Of a stretch of DNA of 64,000 nt, positions 11,222-22,628 are shown one piece after another. Each line of letters begins with the position of its first letter. Position 1 is the stretch's first letter. The stretch is from positions 32,001 through 96,000 of IMG/VR virus record IMGVR_UViG_3300029288_005873. The stretch is one strand, 5' to 3'. A program made the position numbers and the translations under genes. This DNA comes from a virus. Lineage: Duplodnaviria; Caudoviricetes. The notes beneath the pieces are model-generated. The model did no database searches. It saw only the letters and a list, made by a program, of their open reading frames with translations, and was not told the origin of the DNA.

Positions 11222-11934
11222 ATGCCTTTTTGTAGAAAATGTAATGAAAAATTCCCAAATCGAACAATTATTGATGGAAAAACTCACAACCTATCTTCCA
11301 GAAAATTCTGTTTGAATTGTTCACCTTTTGGTAAACATAACACAAGTCCATCCAATCCAAGACTTTCACCAACAAAAAAGGAGAAACGAATTTGTCTATA
11401 TTGTGGTAAAGATTTTGATGCTTTATTGAGTGAACTGAAACGAGGAAATGCCAAATTCTGTTCTCGAAACTGCTCTGGATATTATCGCACTACCACAAAA
11501 CTTAAACCACAACCAAACAGTATTTGTGCTTTCTGTGGAGCATCATTCTACCGTAAAATCTCATCCTGTAGAAAATCACGTAGTGGACTATTATTTTGTT
11601 GCCGTATTTGTAAAGATACGGCACAACAAGTAGAAAGTGGTTTTATAGCAATACAACCATCTCATTATGGAAATGGTAATTCTGACTATAGAACAAAAGC
11701 CCTTAGAAATTTGGAACTCCAATGTATAAGATGTGGCTACAAAAACATCCAGAAATTCTAGAAGTACATCATAAAGATAATAACCACAAAAATAACAATC
11801 TCGAGAATCTTGAATTCCTATGTCCCACATGCCATGAAGAACATCATTTTCTCACCAAAACAGGAAAATGGAATACGAAACACAAAATAGAACTAATAGA
11901 ACATAATTCCACAATCCCTCAAATAGAAAATTAA
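11222..11934 (+). mobile_element. HNH homing endonuclease, frameshifted near 11741-11745 (opposite strand to the rest)
   Basis: Zn-finger N-terminus with GGAGG RBS; adding one A in the A-run joins CIRCGYK to KHPEILEVHHKDNNHKNN..NL..LCPTCH..HH. Confidence 0.8.
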
Positions 11935-12063
11935 ATTGCCGATTTTTCAACCAAGAAAGCGTCGTACATTATATGGTAACCGGCACAACCATACAACATC
12001 TCATTGGCACTTAAATGGCCGCATACATAGCATGCGCTGTTGCGAGCCTAAGCTCCAACATTG

Positions 12064-12136
12064 GGCGACAGGCCAGAATTGAACTGACACCGAGTGGTTC
12101 ACGGCCACCCATGCGAACCTCTACACTACTGTCGCC
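12064..12136 (-). tRNA. tRNA-His(GUG), encoded G-1, C33
   Basis: Cloverleaf; acceptor GCGACAG/CTGTCGC, C73; anticodon loop CCGTGAA. Confidence 0.85.
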
Positions 12137-12137
12137 G

Positions 12138-12208
12138 TCCGCCGAACAGGAGTTGCGCCTGTGTTTTTCGCTCATCGGGCAAAAGTTCTTCTGTTGAACT
12201 ATCGGCGG
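12138..12208 (-). tRNA. tRNA-Ile(GAU), atypical (C33; T-loop CGCAACT)
   Basis: Acceptor CCGCCGA/TCGGCGG; anticodon loop CCGATGA. Confidence 0.65.
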
Positions 12209-12502
12209 ATGACATAAAAATATCAACTACAACATTTTTATATAAACATCAAAACAAACGCTCAAGTTTTGGCCAAATCTGACAATTTCTATAATGATTT
12301 GCCACAGATAGCACTACGCTTGTCTTTCCTGATAGGTAAATACGTTTTTGAAAATCAAAACTATTAGTGTTATTGTTCCAATCACATTTAACTTCTGCGC
12401 TAAAATGTGCCTTATATGGATTAAATATTTCCATTTTTACGTATTGTTTTTTTGGAATAGTGCCAATCCCCATAAATAATAGGCATAAAATAGTTACAAT
12501 TA

Positions 12503-13366
12503 TTAAGGTTGCTTTTTCCAATTTACACCATCTACAATTCCTTGTATACATCCTTTTGAAACACCATATTGCCTGGCAAGCATTGCCTGTGATACTTCTC
12601 CAGTATCCCAAAGTCTCCTTATTTCATCAACTTCTGTCCAAGTCAACTTTGCGTTGGCATATCTGATTTTATTTTTAGTTTCTTCAGTATGATGTCTACC
12701 AAACATACTGTTCTGTTCCCCGCGCCGTTGTTCACTAAGTTTTTGACATGTCTCTTGGGTATGATGTTTTCCGAGCATACTAAAATTTGGTGGTCTGTTA
12801 CGCAATTTCTCTTTAATTTCTGGATTACTGAAAACTTTTTTCAATGCCTCTGATATGCGAGCCCTCGTCTCCTCAGATGGTTTTCTACCATGATTGGCAT
12901 CACTTATTTTCTTCTTTGCCTCTAAAGATAGTCGACGACCAAGGGAAGCTCGACTCATTTTCTTACGAGTCTCCTGTGAAACATACCGACCCAAAACAGC
13001 TTTGCGCAATTTTTCTTTAGTTTCTTCTGTCCAATGACGCCCAAGATTACTTCCAGCTGTTGGATTAACATTATATAAATTAACCATTCCATAACCATCT
13101 ATAAATCTCTGTTCGGCTGTAATTAATTCAGATGGTTCGACTCTTTCCAATAGAGAAAATTTGAAATGGTCTTCTCCATACTTATTCCAAGCATTTTGAA
13201 GATATCTGGAATGATGGCAATTTCTACGCAGTTTTCTTAAATGTTCACACCGTCTTTTTTCGAAATCAATAGCACTTCCTATATACATCTTGCCATTATT
13301 GATATTTATTATGCCATAAATTCCAGAAGTCATGTTTTCCTCTCTGGTCCAAATATTACTGCTCAA
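12503..13366 (-). mobile_element. GIY-YIG homing endonuclease with NUMOD3 repeats and C-terminal HTH
   Basis: SGIYGIININNGKMYIGSA; repeated H(S/T)EETK.K motifs. Confidence 0.92.
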
Positions 13367-13859
13367 ACTTAATCTTCAAAGCCTCTACAACTGTAGCTGG
13401 AACTAGTTTGGATACGTCTCCTCCAAAAAGGGCAACCTCTCTCACGAGACTCGAACTGGTATACAAATGATCTTTGCCCGTCATAAGATGGACAAATTCG
13501 AGCCCAGGGCTCATATCCCTATTAGCCATGGCAAACTGGAACTCAAATTCGAAATCTGCTACCGCTCTAAGTCCACGAACAATTACCGACGACTTTTGAC
13601 TCTTTGCATAATCTGTAAGCAAACCCTCAAACAAACCAACGCTCACCTTATATGGATCATCCAACTTTGTATCAAAGAGGGAGTGACAAATAAGCTTGAC
13701 GCGTTCATCTTGCGAGAAAAGACACGTTTTACGGGGATTATGAGCTACTGCCACAACAACGTGGTCAAAAAGCCCCATAGCTCTACGTATTACGTCAATA
13801 TGACCATTGGTTATTGGATCAAACGACCCAGGATAAATAACTTTCATGCTATTCATCAT
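13356..13859 (-). CDS. coaD: Phosphopantetheine adenylyltransferase
   Basis: YPGSFDPITNGHIDV, VRGLRAVADFEFE, SSSLVREVA. Confidence 0.96.
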   Translation of the reverse strand: MMNSMKVIYPGSFDPITNGHIDVIRRAMGLFDHVVVAVAHNPRKTCLFSQDERVKLICHSLFDTKLDDPYKVSVGLFEGLLTDYAKSQKSSVIVRGLRAVADFEFEFQFAMANRDMSPGLEFVHLMTGKDHLYTSSSLVREVALFGGDVSKLVPATVVEALKIKFEQ

Positions 13860-14313
13860 CTCTGTATATTTTACATTTAACGCGTCCACCAAAACCTTCT
13901 TTAACGCGTTTCTTTGCTCCTTCTGCCCCACGCATAGTAGCAAAGCCGAAATTAAGATCTCGCTCATCACTCATAAGACAAAATCCACTTCCTTGCTCTG
14001 GACGACCAACAAGCCTAACAATACGCTTATCTTTTTCCATGCTCATATACCAGCTTTTATATGTAACAACAAGACAGAAACCGATTTTAATCTTTGTTCG
14101 CTTGGCCATCTTTATTCTCACTTTCATTATAGAGATCAACAGAAAGCTGACGAATACTCTTTTCTTCTTCTGGAGTAAGTTTATACCACCATATCTCCAT
14201 CTCGTCCCGTACTGTATCAACCTCTAATGATTCACTTTTTCCATCATCCATTAACACGGCAAGTCTACGCAATAGTTTCTCTGTCTCCATATAAGCTTTG
14301 CTTTTTTCCATAT

Positions 14314-14706
14314 CTACTTTCCGCAACTCCTACACATGTCGTACATTTCTGTAAAACCTTGAATCTTTTCTGTCTTTTTACCACACCAAAAACACTCCGA
14401 ACGACCGTTATTATTTCGTGGAATTGGCATCGTGCGTGGTCGCCAAAGACCAGCAATTGCATAGGCGCCCACGGACAGATCTACACATGGTTCAACTCGC
14501 CATACAACCAGAGATGCTCCTAGCCTATGGGCAGCGTCAAGGACCTCATTGCGCACATCTTCTTCGCTGTCGCCTGTCCACATCATTTCATGGACAGCAC
14601 CATTTTTCGATATCGGACGCCAATTCATACTTGAATCAAGCGTCTCACCATCTTCGCGCAGGACCATAAGTTCCCCAGACGCCAAAACCTTTTCCTTTGT
14701 CTCCAT
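14314..14706 (-). CDS. Hypothetical protein with C-terminal PRNNxGR..CFWCG...CxxCG Zn ribbon
   Basis: Motif shared with 14747-15178 and 31227-31496. Confidence 0.65.
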   Translation of the reverse strand: METKEKVLASGELMVLREDGETLDSSMNWRPISKNGAVHEMMWTGDSEEDVRNEVLDAAHRLGASLVVWRVEPCVDLSVGAYAIAGLWRPRTMPIPRNNNGRSECFWCGKKTEKIQGFTEMYDMCRSCGK

Positions 14707-14746
14707 AATGTCTCCTAGTAATTCGCCCCATATCTAGAGTTCTAAT

Positions 14747-15178
14747 TTACCTACCACATTTTGTACAAATGTCATAAACATTGGTTACAATACCAGGTAC
14801 TCTTTTTGTTGGAGCGCCACACCAGAAACAGGTTTTTCTGCCATCATTATTACGAGGACAAAAAGAATCATATACTTTATACATTCTTACCCAGGACCAA
14901 GCAGGATGTCTGGGAACATGGGAACCAACCATAGTTGGTCCAACTTGCCATACTACAAAATCAGCTTCCATATCTGAAGCACATTTTAGCACATTGTCCC
15001 GCAACTGAGTAATATTAGATTCTCCCCAAAACAGCATTCGCATAACTGTGCCACAAGACACAGGTTCCCATACCAACTTGCGCATGGAACCATCTTTTGT
15101 GTGTGGATATCGAAGCATTAACCCATCTTCTGGAGCTATAAACGACTCCATAGGTGTCAATGTTACTTCTCTTAACAA
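14747..15178 (-). CDS. Hypothetical protein with the same C-terminal Zn ribbon
   Basis: PRNNDGRKTCFWCG...YDICTKCGR. Confidence 0.65.
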   Translation of the reverse strand: MLREVTLTPMESFIAPEDGLMLRYPHTKDGSMRKLVWEPVSCGTVMRMLFWGESNITQLRDNVLKCASDMEADFVVWQVGPTMVGSHVPRHPAWSWVRMYKVYDSFCPRNNDGRKTCFWCGAPTKRVPGIVTNVYDICTKCGR

Positions 15179-16125
15179 TTCTTTCCCCCATGCTTAAAAG
15201 GGCGCTTTTCATTCTTCTTCATCTTGTCGGCAATTTCCGCCTCGATATCAATTCCTAGCGAAGCAGACAGATTCAGGAGCCGAATAACAGTGTCAGCAAT
15301 CTCGACACGGAATTTGGGATAATGCTCCATTCGCACTACATCATAATTTAATGGATGTTGTTCTGATGTAACTATACGTTTGCGCACATTCTCTAGGCGC
15401 TGGCGTTCAGCATCACCGAGTTCTCGGTACTCCTCCATTGCCTCGGCAAGTTCTGTAACAACTAACATTAACTTCTCTGGCACATTCCACCAATTGGTCT
15501 CCCAACCTTTAGATTCGCTCCACTCGGCAATCCTATTTGCCAGATAGTTTAGGGAACCTCCACAGCAATCCCATCTATTGTCGAGCTCCTTCTTATCTTG
15601 GTCCGATAATTCATTCCATACACTATCCATTTCGTCCAAAATTGAGTCTTCTTCATGACATACTTTATCGCATTCATAAAGCTGCCACTTGTCACGCACG
15701 CGAACTAACTCCTGCTTCAAAAATATATATCTTTCAAGCGCCAGTATTGGATTTTCAACTTTATCTCGTATCCTATAGAGTACTGTGACCGCCTCATGAC
15801 AATCGCGATCTTGGTCAAAAACAGCATCTCTCATAGTTTCAAAAGCAACAACCTTGTCTAAAATATCCTCTGGAATCTGAGCTAAAACTTCGGCAATGCT
15901 AGGCTTGAATAGAGAAGGATGTCCATAATCATGATATGTCCTGATCGACCTCAGAATTACAAGATCTTCTGCTTCTCCGTCTGGTTTTGGATCCCACAAA
16001 AAAGCAATATGACGTGGATCAACGGATTTTATATAACTAAGTTTTCCACCAAAACTAAGAACAGGGCGGATCCGCAGAAGCAATTCTTGTAGTTTTTCAT
16101 CAGTGATCTTTGGGATTTCAAACAT
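15172..16125 (-). CDS. Multidomain protein with C-terminal MazG-like NTP pyrophosphatase
   Basis: EKLMLVVTELAEAMEE ... EIADTVIRLL ... KMKKNEKRP.KHG. Confidence 0.75.
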   Translation of the reverse strand: MFEIPKITDEKLQELLLRIRPVLSFGGKLSYIKSVDPRHIAFLWDPKPDGEAEDLVILRSIRTYHDYGHPSLFKPSIAEVLAQIPEDILDKVVAFETMRDAVFDQDRDCHEAVTVLYRIRDKVENPILALERYIFLKQELVRVRDKWQLYECDKVCHEEDSILDEMDSVWNELSDQDKKELDNRWDCCGGSLNYLANRIAEWSESKGWETNWWNVPEKLMLVVTELAEAMEEYRELGDAERQRLENVRKRIVTSEQHPLNYDVVRMEHYPKFRVEIADTVIRLLNLSASLGIDIEAEIADKMKKNEKRPFKHGGKNC

Positions 16126-16128
16126 TGT

Positions 16129-17727
16129 TCATCTCCAACGAACTTCCAAATAAATTGTGGAATATCCTGGCTCAAGCTCATCCCACAAATTGAGATACGG
16201 CAATTCGTTATGCCTTATAACCTTTGCTTCTAGACCTTGAGAACGCAACCATGTAGCTACTTGTTCCATAATGGCTTCGTCTTTGTCTGGATCTCCAGTT
16301 GTACCAAAACAACCTGTTCCACAAGGCGTGCCCGTCGTCATATGTGCGGTATATGTAGAGCATCCAGACCTGGCTCGCCAGCGTAGTTCCGACTTCAAAC
16401 TATCGCATACTTGTTCAAAAGTCGGAATTCTGGATATGATCTTTTCAGAAAACGTCCATCTGGAGTAGAGATCCATAAGTTCATCATGAAGAGTTCGATC
16501 AGACATCGCTCTGTTTCCTCTGATTAATATGATCGCGGTCACGCTTTTTTAGGTAAGAAAAGGGCATCCGTCCATAAATAGCCCGTACAGACCAACCTTT
16601 GGTCCATTCACCCTTTCCGTCTTTGAGCCGAACTATGGCGCTAATGCTGGCAATTTCCTCAGGAATCCAGGAAACCATTACCTCATACCCATTCTCAACT
16701 GGTCGAACAAGCTCACATTGCCTATAGAAACTTTCGTGCTTCGACATGATTATTCCCCATCCACCAAATCTGGACCGTGCCCATCCAAAAAAGCCTTGAG
16801 TATAAGATGCCTTTCGCCATTAACCCATTCCTCGTGACAAAGGTGACCTGGTTCAATTGTTATCTCACCAATCTTCTCCTCACAGAAAAGTTCCTTTCCG
16901 TCCTTACCTCTAAACAACCAAACCTCAAGCTTTCCACACATCTTAGCCATATTCCTAACGGGTATATAACAATCCAAGGCTGGCATGGATTTTCCAGGCT
17001 CTGGTTCTGTAAACCCCCAACCGCAGGACCCAGAAGCTCCAATTATCTCACCATCGCGCCTCAAGCGATGCCAAGCATTTTCACTCATTCCTTCTCCTTG
17101 TTGTTATAGAATACGAACACACCCTACAGTCCTAGCAATAAAACTCTCAAGTCTCTTATTTGTATCAACAATTTCAGACTTCAGCTTTTCATTCTCAGCT
17201 CTAAGTCTGTCGTTATCAAATGCTAAATCATTAGCTTGACGCTGTACATCATCAAGCTCATCATCAAGCTGACTAATTTCATCCAACTTGTTATCCATAC
17301 GTTTTGATGCTTCTCTAACCTCGCGCTCATATTCATAAATCCATGAGCGTATTAAATCCCCAAGTGTAGACGTCTCATTACAATTCCCGAAACGAGACGC
17401 AGCCTCATTCATCTGATCCAATAAATTCATTTCGGTCTCCAATTATATCAAAACTTCCAACGCGTCAAGATAAAAACATCAAAGTTTAAAACCGGAATGA
17501 ATTAGCAATTTAACATCAGTGATGTCAAAAGGCTCACCTTTTTCTTTTTTGAGCGAGTTTTTGTCATCAAGGAATTTATCAAGCCAGATGGCAGGTTTAT
17601 CATTTTGGGAAATATTGACATAAACACCGTGTGCCTTCTTTACTTTCTTTAAATCCTTGCCATCGAGATCAAGTAAATAAATTGATGTGCTCTCAGGAAT
17701 TACCTCAAAAACAATCATAACTCTCAT
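16129..17727 (-). CDS. Five tiled hypothetical ORFs, including a coiled-coil protein at 17104-~17430
   Basis: Tiling on the minus strand. Confidence 0.55.
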
Positions 17728-18224
17728 CAGGCTGCCCCTTTAATAAATAGAGCTCTAGGATATCCTTTTAAACTCCTTGCCAAACGCATACTACGTTTAA
17801 TTGTCTTTACAGATACAAAACGCTGTGTTGCTCGACGGTCAAAATTGACAACTTTGTAACTTGCCTCACCAGCCTGATTTAGTTTCTCCGTAATCAAGAA
17901 CCAATGAAAACCTCCCATTGGTTCTGAAACACTTCCTAGAATTACGGCACCACCATGCTTCAAATGAGCGTCAATGTCACCTAACTTCACCTTAGGTTTT
18001 GCCTTCTTAACAAAGAGAGGAGCAAACAATCTGGCTATCTTAACTGCACGAAATAAATCACTAAAACTTGTTCCTTCTACTTTTCTTGTACGACAAATTA
18101 AACGCCAAGATGGTAACATAGCATATGATGTAGTTTTTGTAACTCCCGTCCATTTTATAGCATTCATTAGCGCCACTGGTCCACAAGAATAGTTATCTCT
18201 TTGTCTAATATACCTTGGCATCAT
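17727..18224 (-). CDS. Peptidase C39-like protein
   Basis: RQRDNYSCGPVAL (Q..C), GT motif, HW and D catalytic residues. Confidence 0.7.
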   Translation of the reverse strand: MMPRYIRQRDNYSCGPVALMNAIKWTGVTKTTSYAMLPSWRLICRTRKVEGTSFSDLFRAVKIARLFAPLFVKKAKPKVKLGDIDAHLKHGGAVILGSVSEPMGGFHWFLITEKLNQAGEASYKVVNFDRRATQRFVSVKTIKRSMRLARSLKGYPRALFIKGAA

Positions 18225-18814
18225 ATCCCCTTTCTCAACATTGCTGCCAAAACAAAAGAATGTCCCATCGTCATGGTTGGACAATTTAAAACATCCTCCA
18301 AAGACATTCCTTTTTTCTCATTATCATAACCGTCAAAATCCCAAAGAAATATATTGGCACCATTACAGTAAAGATCACGCAATTTATTATATACAACAGT
18401 GTTTAAAACAGCAGTGTAATACAATGGAGCATATACTTTCTTACGAGCTTCAATATATGATAGCTTTTCTCCATCCCACCAAGTATATTCTGGTATAGTT
18501 CCTTTGCCCATAGGGTATCGTTCTGCTCTGTGTGAATTCCAGCCAGCTTTAGCCCATTGCCAATATTCTTCAGTTGGATTCCCATTTGAATCTGTATGAC
18601 ATTTATACACTTTAGCAAATTGCCATGCATTCTCAACATTTTGTGCAATCTGCCCACCATAGAGTTCGCACGGACCAAGAATAAATGGGCTAAACCCCCG
18701 ACCCCAATCTTTAGATTGCGATGTAGTATTAATAAAAATGGCGCCATCTGGTAATGGACTACGATCTTTTGGACCAATAATAGTCACCGGCATGGTTTTC
18801 CGCTCCCAATCCAT
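18221..18814 (-). CDS. Conserved large-virus protein (DUF6939/NADAR-like)
   Basis: FSPF..GP, NVENAWQFAKVY, YIEARKKVYAPLY, GHSFVL. Confidence 0.5.
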   Translation of the reverse strand: MDWERKTMPVTIIGPKDRSPLPDGAIFINTTSQSKDWGRGFSPFILGPCELYGGQIAQNVENAWQFAKVYKCHTDSNGNPTEEYWQWAKAGWNSHRAERYPMGKGTIPEYTWWDGEKLSYIEARKKVYAPLYYTAVLNTVVYNKLRDLYCNGANIFLWDFDGYDNEKKGMSLEDVLNCPTMTMGHSFVLAAMLRKGI

Positions 18815-19045
18815 TCATTATATAAACGCTCATCTACCATATAAACCATTTCTTCTGGACGCCCATCTTCATATGCGAAATTATCAATACCACTCCAAGT
18901 AACTGCCCTTCTACGACCCCCAACTTTAAGGGTATGTCCATCACCTTCTGCGTCAGCCCAAATACCAGAATAATTTTCGGCAGACATGACCCATCTAACG
19001 ATCATATCATGTTCACTCTTGTGTACTATAATTAGTTTTTCCATG

Positions 19046-19116
19046 CGGGCCGGTAAGGAATCGGACCTTCTCGACGTCGATTTTGGAGACCGACCGGCTA
19101 CCTTAGCCTCCGACCC
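19046..19116 (-). tRNA. tRNA-Trp(CCA), somewhat degenerate
   Basis: Acceptor GGGTCGG/CCGGCCC, G73; anticodon loop CTCCAAA. Confidence 0.7.
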
Positions 19117-19139
19117 ATTCGCCTTTTGGCGAATTAATA

Positions 19140-19736
19140 TCAAATTTCAACTTCAGACTCTGTACCATGCCCATATAACTTACCGCCACACACCATTCCT
19201 CGCTGTTCATTTAAAACCTCATCCATTGGCAATACTGGATCCAAACCCAGAGTTTGGCGTTTAACAAGGCGATCATACAACACCATGTAAACAGCAGCCG
19301 ACAGATTTACGCAATGATGAGTGGGGATAACAACAAACCTATGACAATGCCTTAGATGAACTTGCGGAATACTTCCATCTTCAGGACCAAATACATATAC
19401 AGCATTTTCTGGATGAACAAACTGTGGCAATAGTTCAGAATTTGGGCGAAGCTCTACCGCTACAGGAATAGCACCACTAAAAGCATCAAATGGATAATCA
19501 AACTGGCGCAACTCCACATCTTTGTATCCCTTAAGTCTCTCTTCTCTAGGCAGTCTGCGCTTTTTCTCCAACTCCATGGCGACTCTCTCTCCAGTATACC
19601 ATACTTGTCGCACACCAAAACAAGAAGCTGCTCTAACCGCCGCTCCTACATTATGTGGAAATTTGGGATTTATAAGAATTATTGAAGGAACTACTCCGAC
19701 CTTTGTATTTGTCTTACCATAAATAGCTGAGTCCAT
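19140..19736 (-). CDS. SpoU/TrmH-family RNA methyltransferase
   Basis: PHNVGAAVRAA, YVFGPEDG, VNLSAA SPOUT motifs. Confidence 0.88.
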   Translation of the reverse strand: MDSAIYGKTNTKVGVVPSIILINPKFPHNVGAAVRAASCFGVRQVWYTGERVAMELEKKRRLPREERLKGYKDVELRQFDYPFDAFSGAIPVAVELRPNSELLPQFVHPENAVYVFGPEDGSIPQVHLRHCHRFVVIPTHHCVNLSAAVYMVLYDRLVKRQTLGLDPVLPMDEVLNEQRGMVCGGKLYGHGTESEVEI

Positions 19737-19971
19737 TACACAACCCTTAAATGTGGAAAATCTTTTCTGTTGACCTGCTTTATATATGTTTTATAAAAAT
19801 GATCCATGCGTCTTTCATGTCTCATAGCAGCTGCTAGAGCTTTTTCTTTGGTAGAAAATAGAACCTTAGAACGACTATTACAATAAGTATCATCTTCACA
19901 CCAAGAACAGCACCTATCCTGACCACAATACCAAATAAAGAAAGTACGCTTTTTTTTCATTTTTATTCCTT

Positions 19972-20844
19972 TCACTTCATACAAAGAGCGCCTTCTCTGA
20001 TCCAGGAATACGCAACGGTTCCATCCTGGAAAACTACCAACTGCCGCACGAAATCCGCATCTGGATCATGACGCGATACATAATCGGTTATGCGCAAAAT
20101 AGCCCCATCCCAGTCATAGACTCCTCCTCCCCATACGTGCCCATGACATAATTTGGCATTCCTCTTAAGCCACAATCTTATACCCATCAAACCAAACCTA
20201 GATGGAGTGAACTCATTTCTCGTTCCATCTGGATTTCCGACAGGCCATGAGGTAATATTGTCGCATCCAAGCAAACGTAGTTCGCGTATAGCAGACTCAT
20301 ACATCTTGGCGTTATCTATACCTCCTTTACGTAGGAGTAATGTACAACGCAAACCAACATGTCGATTTATATTTCGAAATATATCCTCAAGCTTAGGATA
20401 TGTTTTAAGACCATATGCGGCAGCCTGTCCCCATCTTTCTGGGTGGTGAATTGAAACAGCTACATTAGTGAGTCCAAGATGTTTCCAAAGAGGCAGCCAT
20501 TTATCAGCAAATTCCCTGTCGCCAAAAAGTATCCCGTTTGTAAATAGGTTTACATTCGGAAAAAATGCCCCATTTTTTGCGCATGAATTATATATCTCCA
20601 GAGCCTCAGTTACCTCCTCCGGATCACATGTTGGTTCACCGCTCCCAGTTAAAGATAACGACCATCCACCATAACGTGCGGATAACCTAATTGCCGCACC
20701 AAAATTGCGTTTCCATGCCTCATATGTTTTTGACTCAGCAGCCTGCTGTCGTAAATACTTTCCAGCACAGAAGGCGCAGTTACCATTACATGCTCCATTT
20801 CCAACAAGAACGGACACGCTGTATATCTTTTCGATACATGCCAT
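19972..20844 (-). CDS. Radical SAM protein
   Basis: CNGNCAFC, GSGEPT, TNG. Confidence 0.88.
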   Translation of the reverse strand: MACIEKIYSVSVLVGNGACNGNCAFCAGKYLRQQAAESKTYEAWKRNFGAAIRLSARYGGWSLSLTGSGEPTCDPEEVTEALEIYNSCAKNGAFFPNVNLFTNGILFGDREFADKWLPLWKHLGLTNVAVSIHHPERWGQAAAYGLKTYPKLEDIFRNINRHVGLRCTLLLRKGGIDNAKMYESAIRELRLLGCDNITSWPVGNPDGTRNEFTPSRFGLMGIRLWLKRNAKLCHGHVWGGGVYDWDGAILRITDYVSRHDPDADFVRQLVVFQDGTVAYSWIREGALCMK

Positions 20845-21036
20845 CTCACTCTCCAGATTGAGCTGTTACGTCACTAACTGTAGCCACAACGCATCCATCA
20901 GAGTTATACAGTTCACCGCGTATACTATGAGCAATAATTACAACATCAGAAAAAAGGGCGTGCGTACCATCATTAAACACAATATGAAGGTCTGTGCCTT
21001 CAAGCCACAAATGTTTCACTTTCTTGATATTGTCCA

Positions 21037-21417
21037 TTACTCTACCTTTATGACTTTGCCATATATAATCCCCGTCCAACCGTTGGTTCGACCGCGATTA
21101 TTCTTAATCAAAAACATGCGCCGTTTTTTAGCAAGCGCAATCCCTGCCACAAGGTGAAGAAAAATCCTACCCTTAACCTTTGCTAGCACAATGTCCCCAT
21201 TTACTATGTCTTCTGGCAAACATGGGGCAACCGTAACCAATTGACCACTCTTAATTAATCCACGCATTGAATTGCCCTTTGGGCAAATTTGAACAGTATT
21301 GCCAGCCTTAAGACCCTCAATTGCCTCATCCGCCCAGCCTTTGCGTTTTGTCTTTACTTTATTTTCTCGTTCCCAACAACAATCTACGCAACAACATGAA
21401 CGTTTGTCATGTCCCAT
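21037..21417 (-). CDS. S24/S26 peptidase-like protein
   Basis: GNSM..LI.SG, GDIVL, LHLV, IYGKV. Confidence 0.6.
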   Translation of the reverse strand: MGHDKRSCCCVDCCWERENKVKTKRKGWADEAIEGLKAGNTVQICPKGNSMRGLIKSGQLVTVAPCLPEDIVNGDIVLAKVKGRIFLHLVAGIALAKKRRMFLIKNNRGRTNGWTGIIYGKVIKVE

Positions 21418-21434
21418 CTTTTGTCTCCCTTACT

Positions 21435-22025
21435 CTATACACCCGCTGGCGCCTGGGGCTGATTTATACTACAGTGTGTGCTAATCAAATGGCATTGCCT
21501 AATAAATTCATCCTTATTAATAGTATACTTCATAGTATTACATGTATGACAACAGGATACACAGTTACCTTCAATATAACCAAGGTTATTATCTATGCGA
21601 TCAATTCCATTAAATTTTTTTCTAGTTTGACCACAATAATAACAGTTTGAAGATATCAGCGCAAAAAATTGATCATTGGACAAAGTAAAAATCAACTTGC
21701 GCCCTTTGGCATCTCCCTTGTACTTTTTGAATATTTTTAGCGGATCAAGGTAAATAGAACAATTTTTACAGATTGCCCCCTCACTACTACGCATTTGTAC
21801 GCGTCTAAGCTTACCACAAATAGAACAAAATTCAGAATGTGTTTTTTGGTTACAATTACTACATATCGATTTTCCATCGATATCACGGGTAGCAACTTGT
21901 CTTAATTTACCGCAAATAGAACAATTCTCTACATGACAAGTTTTACATATCGGTTTTCCTTCTGGATCGCGAGTAGTAACCCATCTCAATTCACCACATA
22001 TAGAACAAGGTTCTTTATTCTTCAT
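21435..22025 (-). mobile_element. HNH-type endonuclease with three tandem CSICG Zn-ribbon repeats
   Basis: CYYCG...NGIDRIDNNLGYIEGNCVSCCHTCNTMK. Confidence 0.8.
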
Positions 22026-22076
22026 GAAATCCTTTATATAATGGTACCGTGGCGGTCCATATGGAATAATTCAATG

Positions 22077-22149
22077 TGCGCGCGGCGAGAATCGAACTCG
22101 CCTCATTCCTGGGTGGAAGCCAGGTGCCATACCACTAGGCGACGCGCTC
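22077..22149 (-). tRNA. tRNA-Gly(UCC), A2:G71 mismatch
   Basis: Anticodon arm CCTGG-CTTCCAC-CCAGG; T arm GCGAG-TTCGATT-CTCGC. Confidence 0.85.
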
Positions 22150-22161
22150 TTGATAAATGCC

Positions 22162-22356
22162 TTACTCTTCGTCTAACTTAGATTCCTCACGAATAAATTT
22201 CTCCAGGAACTCCGCCCTCTCACGTACAAATACTTTGTAATCTGAATTTGTGTATATTACCATTTCTTGTCCATCATTAGCATTTGTACAATTTAGGCAT
22301 TCACCAATAACCATATACCTGTTGCCTGTTTTCTTATGGATAAATGTGCCGATCAT
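22162..22356 (-). CDS. DUF1653-like protein
   Basis: H.KTGNRY...MVIY...FVRE..EFLEKF. Confidence 0.6.
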   Translation of the reverse strand: MIGTFIHKKTGNRYMVIGECLNCTNANDGQEMVIYTNSDYKVFVRERAEFLEKFIREESKLDEE

Positions 22357-22628
22357 TCTATCTCCTAGTACTTATATTGTTACTTTGGAACTCCCCAATA
22401 ATCAACTTGACAATCCTGCCACTTCATCATTTCACTAATTGAACCGAGGAAAGTTATAGGCCAAATCTCAATAACCTCTCCCGGTTTAGTCTTCATGTGT
22501 CATTCTTCCCAATGGATAGAGATTTAGTGGTAATAGCAATTGCCTTTATTGGACCGTGCCAACCTTCTCGACGCAATAAAACAACAAATTCCTCAGATTT
22601 TTTCAAATCCATATCTGCTCCTTAGAGC

